Source of the DNA: Psammoneis japonica
Lineage: Eukaryota
NCBI GenBank assembly: GCA_008632985.1
Contig: QPGO01000050.1
Coordinates: forward strand, 248,001 to 312,000
DNA: 64,000 bases
Reading direction: 5' to 3'
Shown here: in pieces, positions 37,617-50,250 of the stretch
Layout of the letters: each line of letters begins with the position of its first letter
Position numbering within the stretch: position 1 is the first letter of the stretch
The notes under the pieces: generated by a model
The model's input: only the letters and a program-made list of their open reading frames with translations
Told to the model about the DNA's origin: nothing
The model's database searches: none
Program-made: the position numbers and the translations under genes

Positions 37617-39800
37617 ATGAGCGATGTGAATGACAGAGATGACAAGCCGCCACCTGACCTGGAAGGGTGGAGAATGGTGAATTGCATGTCATCACCCACC
37701 TCTAAATCCGGTGGAGAAATCTCGGATGACAAGGAACGTCTCATTGAAGAGCTCAAGGCAGCAGAGAATGATGGGCTGTGCGGAAAACATCATGGGCAGC
37801 ACAAAGACAGACTCTGTTTGTCCATTTGTCAGTCTGGACAATGCCGCGTCGAGGCTGGGATGCAATGCTTTCCAGGGAAACTGGGCACACATTTGAAACA
37901 AGGCCAATGTCACAAGAACCATGACCAGACTCCCGAGCGTGGCCTGAAGAAACCAGCACTTCATCATGTCCGAGACAACTTGCACAAGAATCGGAGTGAC
38001 ATTCTTTGCGACTTGAAGGACAAGGGAATGAACAACAAGTCATGGCCCGATGACAGAATGAAGAAAGCCATCTCAAATGCAATGAGCGCTGAAGGAAACA
38101 AAGCAGCCAATGAAAACGGTGCATTCCAAAACCTTGATGATGTGAAGTGGCTCCTCAATTGTCACAGCAAATCCATTGATGAGTTTCTTGAAGGAAGCAA
38201 AGCAACCACGCAGTCTGTTGCAGGCTTGATCCCGGCATCGAGAAAAGACCCTCTTCAGAAAATTGTGGTTCTGCGCCATGACACAGATGGTGAAATGGGC
38301 CCCCAAGATTGGTCGCAGATTGTTGCGACATTTCAAAGTGCACAAAGAGCTCTTCAGAGTGCAGAACAGCTCTGGGGCACGGGGAAAGTGCAGCTGGAGA
38401 TTGACCACGCAAAAGGGTTCTGGAAAGGAGACCTTCGGCAGCTTGGCATGGTGGGCCTTGGCGACGCTGACAGAAAGTTCTTTCCAATCATTGTCAGCAT
38501 GCAAAATGCCGAGGACAGTGACGGAAGTGCCAGCACTCTGATTCGTTCTGCTGAGATGGCATCAAAGAGTTCCGGCATGCCACGCACGTGCCTGAAAGAT
38601 GGCTCGCTGGCACTTGCCAATGGCACCAATCAAGTGCAGCTGTCTGGCAACGACTGCTTTGCTCACATGATGCGAGCGCCTTTCACAAGAGGAGGTGGCT
38701 TCCGTGGATCCAGAGGATCATTCTCTCGGCACATGCTCAAGCAAGGATGTGCCATGTCAGACGTGTTCGGCATCCTTTCCCACTGTTTTGCGTTCTCCCA
38801 TCTCACGTCATTGTCCGACTGGGTCACAGCAAGGAAGCCATTCAAGGCGGAAAATGCAGACCTTCCAGACCATTTTTACGAACAGCACCTGCCAGCATTT
38901 CCCAGGTTTGGATCTGCTTGTCACGAACCAGGAGAGGCACAATCGGGGCAAGGGCTGGAATGAACTTGGGGTCATCTTAGACATTCGAAGCGACATTGTG
39001 ACGTCAAGAACAAGACGGGCGACCTAGAGTCAACATTGGAAGCTGTCTCTGGGTGCGAGGAAAACCATTCAGAAGAAACATTTGCCACAAAGACAACGAT
39101 TCCCAAAGCGGGTTGGGACGTTGTAGCTGAGCACTGCTGCACAGAGACAGGCGTTGATTTCAAAAGCTGCAGCTGCTGCTCTTCAAGCACTGGCAAGCCC
39201 CTGATGCGCCAAGAAGCAATTGGAAAAGCGGCTGCAGTTGGCGGACATGTTGTGCACATTCCAAATTGTGCCTTCTGCATGGAGTGGAGAGACAAGGCGG
39301 TGAGGAAGGTTGTTGGCACAAACGAAACAAAAGGTGGACTCACCATGGAGCAAATCTTGCTCCAACAGAAGCTCGTGAAGGATCGAACATGTGTCTCCAA
39401 CCGACCCACACGTGTCAAGTCAGCATTCATGACTGTCCTTGGCAACCACCTTGAAAAGAATGCTCCAACGCCCCTCGAAGGGGAAGACTGCCGTTCATGC
39501 CTTCTGCGAAGGTCGCAGCGCAGCATCTCTGCTGGAGATGTTGCGCCGCGTGGGAAGAAGAAAACCAACAAAAAGAGAAAGAAGGGTGGTGCCAAGAGCA
39601 GCCACGAACAAGAATTGGAAATGAAGAAGTGGGAAACAGACGTCGCAGCGGAGTTCAAAAGAAACTTACAACAACAGTTGCCAAAGGATGCAAGCAAGGA
39701 TGTGGAAGCAGATTCGGATGCTCGTGCACTGCGCTGTGCTGGACATAAAACCGCTTGGACTGCCACGACTGTGTCTCCAGTACAAATTGTACGTGGGTAA
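37617..39800 (+). pseudogene. MULE DDE transposase, inactivated
   Basis: LEID..., FFPII..E, CLKDGSLAL, the CxxH signature NDCFAH and QSGQGLE followed by TGA (probably from CGA). Only one Tyr in 448 aa. Confidence 0.8.
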
Positions 39801-40345
39801 CAAACGGCATGTCGGTAGAAAGCTGAGAATCTGCTCTTTCAAACGGTGCATCCACTGTTGTCTCTGGTAGATGTTTAGAGTGAACTAGAACCTTTCAAAG
39901 TTGAAGTGATGTACATTTTGCGCAGGTGTTCATATGAAATGACGTGTAAATATATTTATATATGATGTTGAAGATTCAATAAACGGGTTGCATTTCGTGC
40001 GTTCAGAAGACATGCCAGTAGACTACAGCATAGTTCCTACGGGCGAAAGAGACGAACAAGAAAATGCTTATTCGAAATCAAATACCTGGATTTTTCCGTC
40101 GATAGTTGCACCTATTTGTACTAAAAACAATAAGGAAATGAACTATCGGCGGACCCTTTCCAAAAAATCGGCAGAATGGGTCAATTTTGAGTTTTCAAAA
40201 ATCCTGTGTGTCAAAAAATCGACTTTCTGATCGTTTTTCGCAAAGGGTCCGCCGACAGATCGAAAGAAAATGATCGATTTTGTTAGGTAAAGTGTGCTCA
40301 AATTTCTAATTTGACCAATTTTGGGTTTCGAACAAGTGGTGGCAG

Positions 40346-41179
40346 GTGAAACAGTTTTACGCGCAGCCCAGCGTACTGGCTCAATTGACCAACTCGGCCG
40401 CGCCACAGCAAACTTTGAAAACATCTCCAAATGGCAACTCCAGCATCGATGTTTCGACAAAGCAAAGGCGCAACAAGCTTTGTGGTAGGGCGTGCGGACA
40501 CTTCAAGGAAGTTATTGTGCCAGCACAAGGGTCTGTTTCCTGCAATTGCGAAGACTTCATGAGAGACGGATGGTGTACCGATAGTCTCATCTACAACTTA
40601 GTGGAGCATGGGGAAATGCCGCCAGCTGAGTGCAAAGCTGTCGATGGCGTTGGTTGGGACAAGATCAAACAGGGGTGGACGACAAAGCTGATGAGTACAG
40701 CATTCGGTGCAGAGGGGGAAGAGAGCGACTCAAGGAACATGCACAAGACTTACTTTCCCGCAGTGGACCCACTGTTTCAATTCCAATCCGTGATTGAAGC
40801 TGTGCCGGTGCCATGGACGCTAGATTATGCCACCAACGAGCCGGAAACTTTGGGCCTCAGTCTATCTCTGTCGGAGACGCCTCACAAAGTGAAGATCGCC
40901 AAAGTTGGATTGAAGTCTAGGGGAAAGGTCCTTGCAGGGGATATAATCATCAAGGTGAACGGTGTCGAAGTGGCATCCAAAGACAACGGGGTCATTCTCC
41001 CAGGACACGGTACTCGGGATATTCAGAAGATTATTGCAGACTCGAAGAGAGAACGGAGGATTGTGACATCCGTCAGCACAGACAGGAGCGAAAGAATTTG
41101 TAGTATTGCCTCCACAGCGGTGGTTAAAAAAAAGGGGGTGTGTAGTGTAAATTGTAGGAAACGCGATAGTCTTGAATAG
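40346..41179 (+). CDS. MULE 3' ORF/exon with SWIM-like Zn finger and PDZ-like segment, unmutated
   Basis: SCNCEDFMRDGWC (CxC..C) and TLGLSL...KVKIAKV...VLAGDIIIKVNGVEV. Confidence 0.55.
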   Translation: MKQFYAQPSVLAQLTNSAAPQQTLKTSPNGNSSIDVSTKQRRNKLCGRACGHFKEVIVPAQGSVSCNCEDFMRDGWCTDSLIYNLVEHGEMPPAECKAVDGVGWDKIKQGWTTKLMSTAFGAEGEESDSRNMHKTYFPAVDPLFQFQSVIEAVPVPWTLDYATNEPETLGLSLSLSETPHKVKIAKVGLKSRGKVLAGDIIIKVNGVEVASKDNGVILPGHGTRDIQKIIADSKRERRIVTSVSTDRSERICSIASTAVVKKKGVCSVNCRKRDSLE

Positions 41180-42047
41180 CATGATGAAACGTTACTACGT
41201 TTGCGACGTATCGGCAAAATGTGAGATACAAGTCAGGAGCGAATTGCGATACGGTACTTCATCAAACTCACCGGAATGTACAAATCAGGAGACACAAATT
41301 GAAGTATTGCATCCATAGCAGTCTTTGAAACGATGGGTGTGTGTAGTGACAATCGTAGGAAACGCGATAAATTTGAATCGCACAACAAAATACTCTTACG
41401 TTCATGACGTGCCGGTATCAATGAAATGTGAGATGCAAGTCGGGAGCAAATTGCAATACGGTACACGGCACTTCATTTAGAAAGTTCAAACTCACCGTAA
41501 TATACAAATCAGGAGCCACGAACTGTAGTATTGCGTCCAACAGCGATAGGTTCCTCCCGACTTCATTTCGCACCCACCACGACTATGAGAGACGGTGTGG
41601 TGAACGAGACGACAAAGAAAGTGAACGTCGCGCTAGCAATAGGCAGCTGCAACAAAAGTCACAACATGGTTGAATCATCATAAAGATGGAGAAGGAGGAG
41701 CCATTTCATCCATAACAGCATACCTAGGATCATATCTTGACGAGTAGCGTTTCGAAGCATTGACGTTTGTTTTAATAAACAATAAGACAGTAGACGGTGA
41801 GATTGCCTGAATGATTGTGTGGTGTGTAGGGCCTATTTTTTATGGCAATTGCGACCTCGTCGAGAGGCATTTTCACGAACACCTTGATAGTGAGATTCCG
41901 TTTCGGTAAAGAGTGCGTTTTTTCTACGACGGAGCTCGGTACGTTTCTACGTTGTGGTGAGAGCAGAATTTCTTTTGTGGTGAGAGCAGAATCTTGCGCT
42001 GGCGACTCAAAAAATCCACTCGAGCGAGCGAGCGCGATCCAAGAAAC

Positions 42048-42696
42048 CAGGCCTGCGGGGAGCATTGACCACTTGTCTTTCTTTGTGGGTGTGGGTGTAT
42101 GTGTGCCGTTGCATGCTGTATTGCCTGTACGGTACGTACGTAGGGCCCTACCGCCGGGGCCGGTATTGTGGCGGCTGAGTGGCGTGGCCACCGCACCGGT
42201 GACGCGGATGACCGTTATATTTGATGTCTCATGCCATTTTTGGGGCTGTAGCGAGGTGCACGGACACTCTTTTTTTTCCAATTTATCGCCATAATAGCGC
42301 ATCGCACAAACTCACTTGTTGTTCGATATGTTTTCCCCAACATGCCACGCCGGCAATCCCAATTTTTCAGAACTTTCGAGCTCTCCTGAAAAACCGTGCC
42401 ACGTACCCGTCGCAGGGAATTTATCGATTTTTTGGGATGTCCCCACGACCTCTCATGTCCTCAATGATCATTCTACGAATCCGAAGAATTCATCTGCACT
42501 TAAACAACCCATGCCGTTCCAAAATCCGAGGGACACACTTTCAAATTCAGATGGACAACCCGACTGCCCGACTGCCCGACCCCCCGACTGCCCGACCCCC
42601 CGACTGCCCGACTGCCCGACTGCCCGACTGCCCGACTGCCCGACTGCCAGACCGACATGAAAAAGTCTGCAATCACCAACCACTGAGTGGCCAATG
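42048..42696. mobile_element. ~650-bp insertion with CA...TG ends and AC/AC flanks, containing a (CCCGACTG)n array
   Basis: Interrupts the host motif ccaagaaac|tttt that is intact in copies A and C. Near-terminal inverted cattgaccact (42063) / agtggccaatg (42686). Confidence 0.5.
42559..42652 (+). repeat. 8-bp minisatellite (CCCGACTG)n with CCCGACCC variants
   Basis: About 11 consecutive units read directly. Confidence 0.95.
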
Positions 42697-45600
42697 ACTT
42701 TTTACTTCCTTCCTTTCCCTTTGGTCAATTGGCCAATGCGTGCACAGCACACATCAAACATGCGCCGGTGCAAGAACACAAAACACAACATGAACATCAT
42801 GCATGTGGATGAGTCTCTGCACGGTTCGTCATTGCGCTCATTTTGTTCGTTGCGTTCATTGCGTTCTTCATTCTGAATTCGACATGTTTGGCAGAATCCT
42901 CATGATGTGGCACACTTTGCAAGTTGCAAGCGACAATGTTTTGGAGCTGCTGTCTGCTGTCTCTCTGCAGCATTGATTTGTTTCCTGATCGGCATTTTGC
43001 AGCACAAGTGCCGGCATGCATCACAAATGAAACGCTCGAAAAATGGTGAGGCAACGACGCCGCTGCACATCTTTTTGTTTGTCATGGGCATCTCGCGCCA
43101 TTGCTTTTTGTTTGCATTTTGCACACACGCCATTGCTTGCACGTTGATGTGATTTGAGGCACACTGCTTGCTTCGATTGACACTTCATGGTGAGCATGCA
43201 ACTTGAGTGAATCGCGAGGATGACGAATGAATTTTGTGCATCTGACAACCACCAAGCACACTTTTTTCTCTTTTGCAGACAATCAATGACACTGGTCCAA
43301 GTCTGTCCTCCAAGAACGGCACTGCAATTGAAGCGCTGCACATGTTGAAGATTTTGACAATCTTTTCCACAAAGGCAGTGTCCGATTTTTTGTTGCTTGT
43401 TGCACTCGGATCTACAGTGAAAGGCCGCCGAACGACTCGCACCTTGTCAATCTAGGGTTGTCATCACAGGTCAACACTTTGTGGTGACGAGTGTCAGCAA
43501 GTTGCAGGAAGTTCAAAAGCACCTCAAGACACACTGCAGGTGCCTCAAGACTCACCTCCACATGCCCTGCTTCTGTGGCAGAGTTTTAGAGATTCGGGCA
43601 CCACCCGGCTCACACACGGGTGTTGCTGATTTTTGCATTCACTTCATTTGTTTGGGCTTTGCGATGCGCTCGGCTGTCTTGACACGAACAACTGCAGTGA
43701 CAATGTGACATCATGATGTCATGCAGTGGGTGACGAGATGAGAACGCAGTTGTGGCATGCCAATGAAAAGCCGGCAGTGCGAGGACAGACAATCCGTGAC
43801 TGAGCAGGCGGGATTGATGGCTGGAAAAAGATCCGCGAAATTGGCGTGCCGGAATTCTCCGGTCATCAATCTCAAAATCGACGAAAAGAAGGCTGGTGTC
43901 TCATTGAGAGCTGCTTTGTTTCATGACTGCTCTTTGCAAGGTGAGCCTTCATCTCTGTTTGTGTCAATTTCTTGTGCCGTTCACACTCTGATTGTGGTTC
44001 TCACTTGTCATGTGTGGTTTGTCGTCGGGCCGATCGTTTGAATGCAAGAGTCGACTCCATCAGCACACGAGGTGCGTCGGACGTCAAGTGGCTCGTCGCG
44101 GCAGCATCACACCAACAGGGTTGTCCCAAGGTGAGCATTGAATCAACACAATCCCATTCGTCAACTTCCTCTTTATAAAATCATGCATTGCTCATTGACT
44201 GTTTTGCTCCGTGTTGATTGTTGAGTTGATGTCATTCAGTGTGTCGGAAATGACAGCATTGCAATGCAACGTGCACCCCACACTCGGCTCGGCATTGGTG
44301 GCAGCACACCAATTGCTGTCATTCAACATGGTGAGTGCTCAACCACGTTGTTTTTCACATTGAGCTCTTCTTTTGTTTTTGATTTACTTCCAACCATTTG
44401 TCATTTGCAGTTGTGGCCAAAGGATTCGCACATGCTTCGCACTGGAGCCAAATGCATCGCATCACGATGCCCAAACAGTGCAAGCCCCTGGCCAAAGGCT
44501 GAAGGAGGACTGTTGGTGCCTTTTTAAGTCCCTGTGCAAAGGCCAGTGCAGCAGCTGGCATCAGAAGCAAGTTGAGAACTGCTGCCAGGACTCCTGCCAT
44601 TGTGCTGCCAGTGAAGCCAAAGGCAGCTGAGACACCCACCAGAGAGAAGTCCAAAATGCCCAAATTGACTGAGCAATCCACTCTGCCAATCGGGAGCTTT
44701 TTCCAGAGTCCACCACCTGCTCCTGCACTGCTCAAGACACCCTCTGCTGTCATTGCCGACCATCGTCCTGCCGGCGACGAATCATCCTCCACAAAGAACG
44801 CTGATGCCACCAGCGCACATGTTGCCACCAAGTCCAACTGTGAGACTGAAACAGCTCCCAGCTAATTTGACTCCATCATTGCTGCAAATGGATTGTCATT
44901 GGAAGCAACTTTGAAAGAAGCCACCACAAACAGCAGCAATGCCAACATTTGCAAGGATGATGAATCGTTCATTCCAGAAAAGCTTGATCCACCGGAGAAG
45001 GAGGAGGAGAATGCAGAAAAAGATGACAGCTCTGTCGAACCTTTGCCTCAAACCACCAAGGACCATTTTCTCAAAAAAAATCACCGTGCCCATTGCTGGC
45101 GAAAAAAATGCACGCCGCATTGCCTTGCCATGCCAACAAAAGGCGGCCCAGATCTTGATTCGTGAGAATGCTTTTGTGGGCGCAAAGGGTGACCTGGCTG
45201 GCATTCTGGTCAAGAAGCCACTTTCTCAAAGCTGCGCTGTGTGTGCTGAAGTCAATGAATTGCCTTCCATTGTCTTTGCAGAACCACAAAATGGAGGGGG
45301 GGGGTGCACAAAGTGGGAATGACGAGTGATGGCCAACGTCAAGAAGCCGACCAACTCCAGCAAGGAAATGTCAGCAGTGCGCGGACCAGTTTGTCAAGCT
45401 TGCAGACGTTGCCAACCTCCCCCCTCATGTTGAGAAAGAGATGCCCAAAGGTGCTGCAGTGCCTTGCTTGAAGGACCTGTTGACGGATCCAAGCTCACAC
45501 CCATTCCAACGGCATTTTTTCTTGGGTGTTCTTGAATGCGGCGCTGATGTTTTAGGTTTCTTGGGACAGCTCATGTTTCAGACTGTTGAAGCAAGATTGC

Positions 45601-47173
45601 AAGACTGTTGTGGCGTTGGGGGTCTGTGCAAGCACCTGATGTTTTCTTGTGCTGTTGTCAATCGGCATTTTGCTGAAGCCAAGAAGCACACAAGGGAGAT
45701 TTTGGATGACATGGACTGCATTGTCAAGGCCTTGGCAGACACTGACTTGGTTCCCAGAATTCATGGAATGGGCTCATGGAACACTGGCAGCAAAGCAAAA
45801 TTCTCAAGCAAGATGGTCACTCTCCAAAGCATTGTTGGTCAAGAGAACAGCTTGTCAGACACCTTGCCTGGACCAGTCCACCAGAATGCCAAGGGTGCTG
45901 ATCAGGTGTTTTCTCAAAAACACAAGGAAAAGAAAAGGCAGAAGGGCATGCATTTTTGGCAAAGTTTTTGACTGGGTGGTTGAGAGAGCAAGAGACGCCC
46001 GGTCTGGTTGTTCTGGACGCAAACAAAGTGCTGCACCAAAACCTGGATCAACTCTTGGATGTTCTTTTGGCGCAAGGCTTTGTGACAATTCGAAGTGTGC
46101 TTGATGGCAAGATGATGGTTGAGCCACACAAGGATGCACCGCATGGGGTTCTCATCAACAAACCGTTGTGCTGCGCCAGTGACAGCCGCAAAACTGCCCT
46201 GCTGGAGCACAAGACATGCCGCGGATTGACAGCTGCTGTGCTGACCAATGTTTGCCGCGGCCTCAAGGGACAGCCGCGTTCCTCTCCGTCAAAAACCATT
46301 GCGAAAATCCAATTTGTGTGGCGCTGGCATTCCAGGTCGGCACCATTGGCTGTCATCAAAACCCTCGCCTTTGCAGCACCTTTTTCCGTGACTTTGCAAC
46401 ACCCAAAGATCAGTTTCTGCTGAAAGACAATGGACTTGGCAAGAGCATTCGTGATGGACCATTGGTGGTGAGGAACCAGAAAAAGACTCATCCAAATCGC
46501 CAAGAAGAAATTGCCAATGCAGCCTGCAGAGTGGGCGCAGACTTTGTCGCCAATGCTCAGTCCATGATTTGCAAAGCTCATTGTGGGGAAGAATGGCAGC
46601 TTTGTGAGAGCTTGTGTGAACTTTGCAAGGAGGGAAATGGCAAAAAGGCAGACTCAAAGGGTGAGACGTTTTTGATGTGCACTCATGATGAAATCGTGCC
46701 CAGCTCGCGCTGGGGAAGCAACAGACAGAACTCAGGGAACCCAAATGCAAGGGGTTGCACAAAGGCAGAGCTCCGCTGCAAAGCCAGCCAGTTGGCAGAA
46801 ATCATTGAACATTGCAAGCCCAGAGAGGGGAAGTGCGGCATTCCGTTTTGGGTGAAGGAGACTGTGCACTCTCATCAGAGTGCACGAAATGTCAAAAATG
46901 TGCAGATTTACATGATGACAATTTTTTTGTCGAAATGTTGCAAAAAATTGTTGTCATGTGATGACAGGCCAACCTCTGGTTGCAAGTTTGGTGTGCCAAC
47001 ATTGCAGCAACTTGTTGAGAATTGTGCACGCTGTTTTTCACCACATCCACATCGCTGTTTCTGCCTCCACCTTGTTGCCATGTGCCAAAGCATGATTGCA
47101 TTGCCACACAATCCTTGGTTTGTTGATTTTTGTTAAGATCATTTTAAACAAGAAAAGCATTTCGTCGGTCAAG

Positions 47174-48500
47174 TCAATCCCTTGTTGGGTCTGCAGTGCA
47201 ATGACCGAGTGCTGTGTCAACTGTGCACACATTTTCTTGCTGCAACTCTCTCAAACAAAGCTGACAATCATCATCGGACTCGTCTCCATCGGACTCGTCT
47301 CCTCCGTCATTCGTTTTGCCTTTTGTGCCTTCCTCCTGCTCATCGTCATTGCTGTTGTCGTCCCTGCTGCTCTCCACCATTGGGCTGTTCATTGCCTTCA
47401 CCTTCTCCACATCACCGGCCGGTGCTTTCTTCTTCTTCTTTTTTGCTTCTCCGGACTTCTCGCACTCGCTTTTCTTGTTCTCCACATGCCACTTTTCAAA
47501 CTCCTTGCCCTCCTTGGACTCTCTGTCTTTCGTCACCTCTTTGCATGAATCGTTGAACCAACCAATTCCATCGTCTCCCCAAGACACTCGTTGTTCTTTG
47601 TTTGGCTTCGTGTGCCGAGGGGCAGGCCTTGTTTCTTCGGGCTCCATTTCCTCACCCAATTCTTCCACCGCCTCCTCCTTGTTCCTGCATGCCCGCACCT
47701 GCCAACAATTCTCCACAGCTGACAGCACCAAAGCTTCGTCACCGACCGCAAACAACTGTGAGACCTGTGCATTCCCAGTTTTGACGGCACTGCTCCATGC
47801 CTGCTTTTGCTTGGTTTGAGGCAGGATGTGATCACAGAACCACTTGCATGCCTGCTTGTTCCTTTGTTTGCCGCCGGCGACAGTGTCCAGGCCAAACGGA
47901 TCCCATGTTGGCACAAACGGGATGTCATTCTCTTCATTCTTGTCATGGCTTGACTTTTTCCTGCCTTGCTTTTTCCTCCTGACTGCCGCCTTGAGTTTCT
48001 TTTCTTTTTCCTTTCCCTCTTCCTCAGTGACAACACCCACATGGACAAAGCATCACCGTCATCTTCTTGTGAGACACACGCAACTCTCGAATCACACACA
48101 TTGGTCACTTGGCTTGCGGGCTGTTGCCTCCGCCCCAACAGCCGAACACACCATGTTTCTGCGATTGTCAATTTGCCTTTTTGCCGCCTTTTTTGCCCAT
48201 TCCTCCCAAGTTCCTGACCAATTTGAAGTGTCCATGTTGCCACCAGCAATCTGTTTCTTGACAAACATTGAGACGCTCTCCCATTGCTTGCCAATTCTGA
48301 CGGACTGAGAAACTTCACCTGTGGAAAGAGATCATTTCCAGCCACCTTCTCCACTTCTGATTTCAATGCACCACACGCTGCCTGCACACCTGTTCTCTTC
48401 AACACTGCCTGAAGTCTTGGGCTCATCAGCTGAACAGTCTCATTTTTCTTTCTCTTCTTTGCCGGTGGTGCTGGAGACGACATCTTGATCTTTTCACGGC
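47174..48500 (-). pseudogene. Accessory ORF of the Plavaka/CMC element, TpA-mutated
   Basis: WFCDHILP...VGDEALVLSAVENCW...RHT...SWGDDGIGWFN..DR pattern, recalled from companion ORFs of such elements; not confirmed by search. Confidence 0.5.
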
Positions 48501-48935
48501 AACAATGAGAGGAGTGTTGCTGTTCGACAGTGCAACCGTCGTTTGGGTCGTGTTGAGACAGCCAGCCACTTTGTTTTTCTCTGCAACATTGCACAAATTG
48601 TTGTCAGCAACATTGAAATTTGAAAACACATTTGCACGTGACAACGAACAGCCCAACTTGCTTTTTGACATGGCTGTCACTGTGTTTCAACGGAGATGAT
48701 GTCCTGCATTTTGACAGCAAATGAAAAGTGCAATGTTCATTGTGAATGCCAGACAAAAAATCAAAATGCAGACACATCACACCCACGAGAATCATCCAAA
48801 TCTGGAAGACAATGCAATGTTTGCCAATTTCCCACCATTTTTTGCGTGTTGCTCTTCTTTTCCCTTCTCATCCACAAGACAAGGACGACGAGCATGAGTC
48901 TTGATGAAGGCCCTGTCAACATTGTCTGATCAACA

Positions 48936-50250
48936 ATGGACAGAAACCCTCTTCTCTGTCCCGGGTGTGGCAAAAGTTTTTTGCGAATGGCCTGCCATTG
49001 GAGATGCTCGCCAACGTGTTGCTCAGTTGCCCAAGAGTTGCAAACCCAAGATCCAATCCCAGATCAAAGTGACACTCCTGCCACAACAGAGGGGCCACCC
49101 GAAGAAAGCGGCAGCTCTTCCTCTTCATCCTCTGATGATGACGAATCCCATCCAAGGCGATGTGCTCGCAGCAGATTCCCAAGATCTTCAACGAGTGATC
49201 CGAGCAGCAGCCCCTTGCTCCCCTCCCCGGATGACGCGCTGCACGGAATGGACGACATGTCCTCCATTTCATCAAACCACAGCATGCGTGGAGTTGAGCT
49301 TTTGGCAATGAACGATTTGGATGTTGGCGGTGGTCAATCCTTTGCTGCAGTGTTGGATGTGACAATGGAGGAGGAAGAGGACATTCACAATGAGGATCAA
49401 CGTTTGGGGATCAGGTGTCACACTCCTGCAGAAGAGGCCTTGGCTTCTGCTCCCTCTTTGACAAATCTTGACGGAGCTTGCGCAGAGTTGTGCAAGAAGC
49501 TCATGGACACACGTGGTGCTCCCCTGGAGTTGTGCGATTGCATTGTTGATTTCATTGAGAGGCACACTGGGAACAGCAACATTGAGCTTGGCACAGTTCT
49601 GCCAAGGAGAAAAGAGTTGATGTGCACCTTAACCAAGCATTTCCCTCTTCCACCCAGCGAGTCTGTTCCTGTCACTCTAGAAACCAAAAATTTCAAAACC
49701 GGTTTGCCAAAACGAGTGTCAGTGCCAAGATGGGATTTCACAAAGGTTTGGGAACAGTTTTTGCTCGATCCCCACCTGTGGTGCAGCAGAGAGAACATGG
49801 CCAATCCAGACAATCCTTTTGGGAAGTGCAAAGTGAAGGGACCAGATGACAAGTGCCTTTTGGCGGGTGAGTGGTGCAGGCGCAGTTGCGAAGAACGGAT
49901 GACTGACCCGGAGAAACAATTTCTCGAGTGCAGCGTCATTTGCCTTGACAAGACTGGCAGGACACAAGGGATGGGATCATGTTGTGGAGAACCAGTGATC
50001 ATGACCTCTGCACATGTTGCCTTCAACAAATGGCCAGACAGAGTTTCTGGAAGCCAATTGGTTGTCTCCCCAATTTGGAAAAGATGTTGTCATCTGCGGC
50101 AAAGAATCTCTCAAACAATCGCAAGGCGGAGAAGGGACGCTCGTTGAGGGTCAAGGAAAAATCTTTGATGTTTCTGTGGGTCAGCTTGCCCGACGGAGGA
50201 TGACAAGGGCCACGGCATCTCATCATTTCTGCAGCATGTGACAGATCAAG
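48936..50250 (+). pseudogene. Plavaka-like transposase, N-terminal part, TpA-mutated
   Basis: SVPRWDF..FLLDP..NPDNPF..AGEWC..ICLDKT..GEPVIMT matches the Plavaka pattern (GxWY, xxYxDKT, EPVxxT) with Tyr->Cys. I found no Tyr in 403 aa. Confidence 0.65.

Larger units (their letters stand above)
35707..41997 (+). mobile_element. Full-length Mutator-like (MULE) DNA transposon, 6291 bp
   Basis: 106-bp TIRs at 35707-35812 and 41892-41997 (5 mismatches). 9-bp TSD GCTGGCGAT (35698-35706) / GCTGGCGAC (41998-42006). An empty paralogous site is present near 58351. Internal transposase. Confidence 0.92.
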
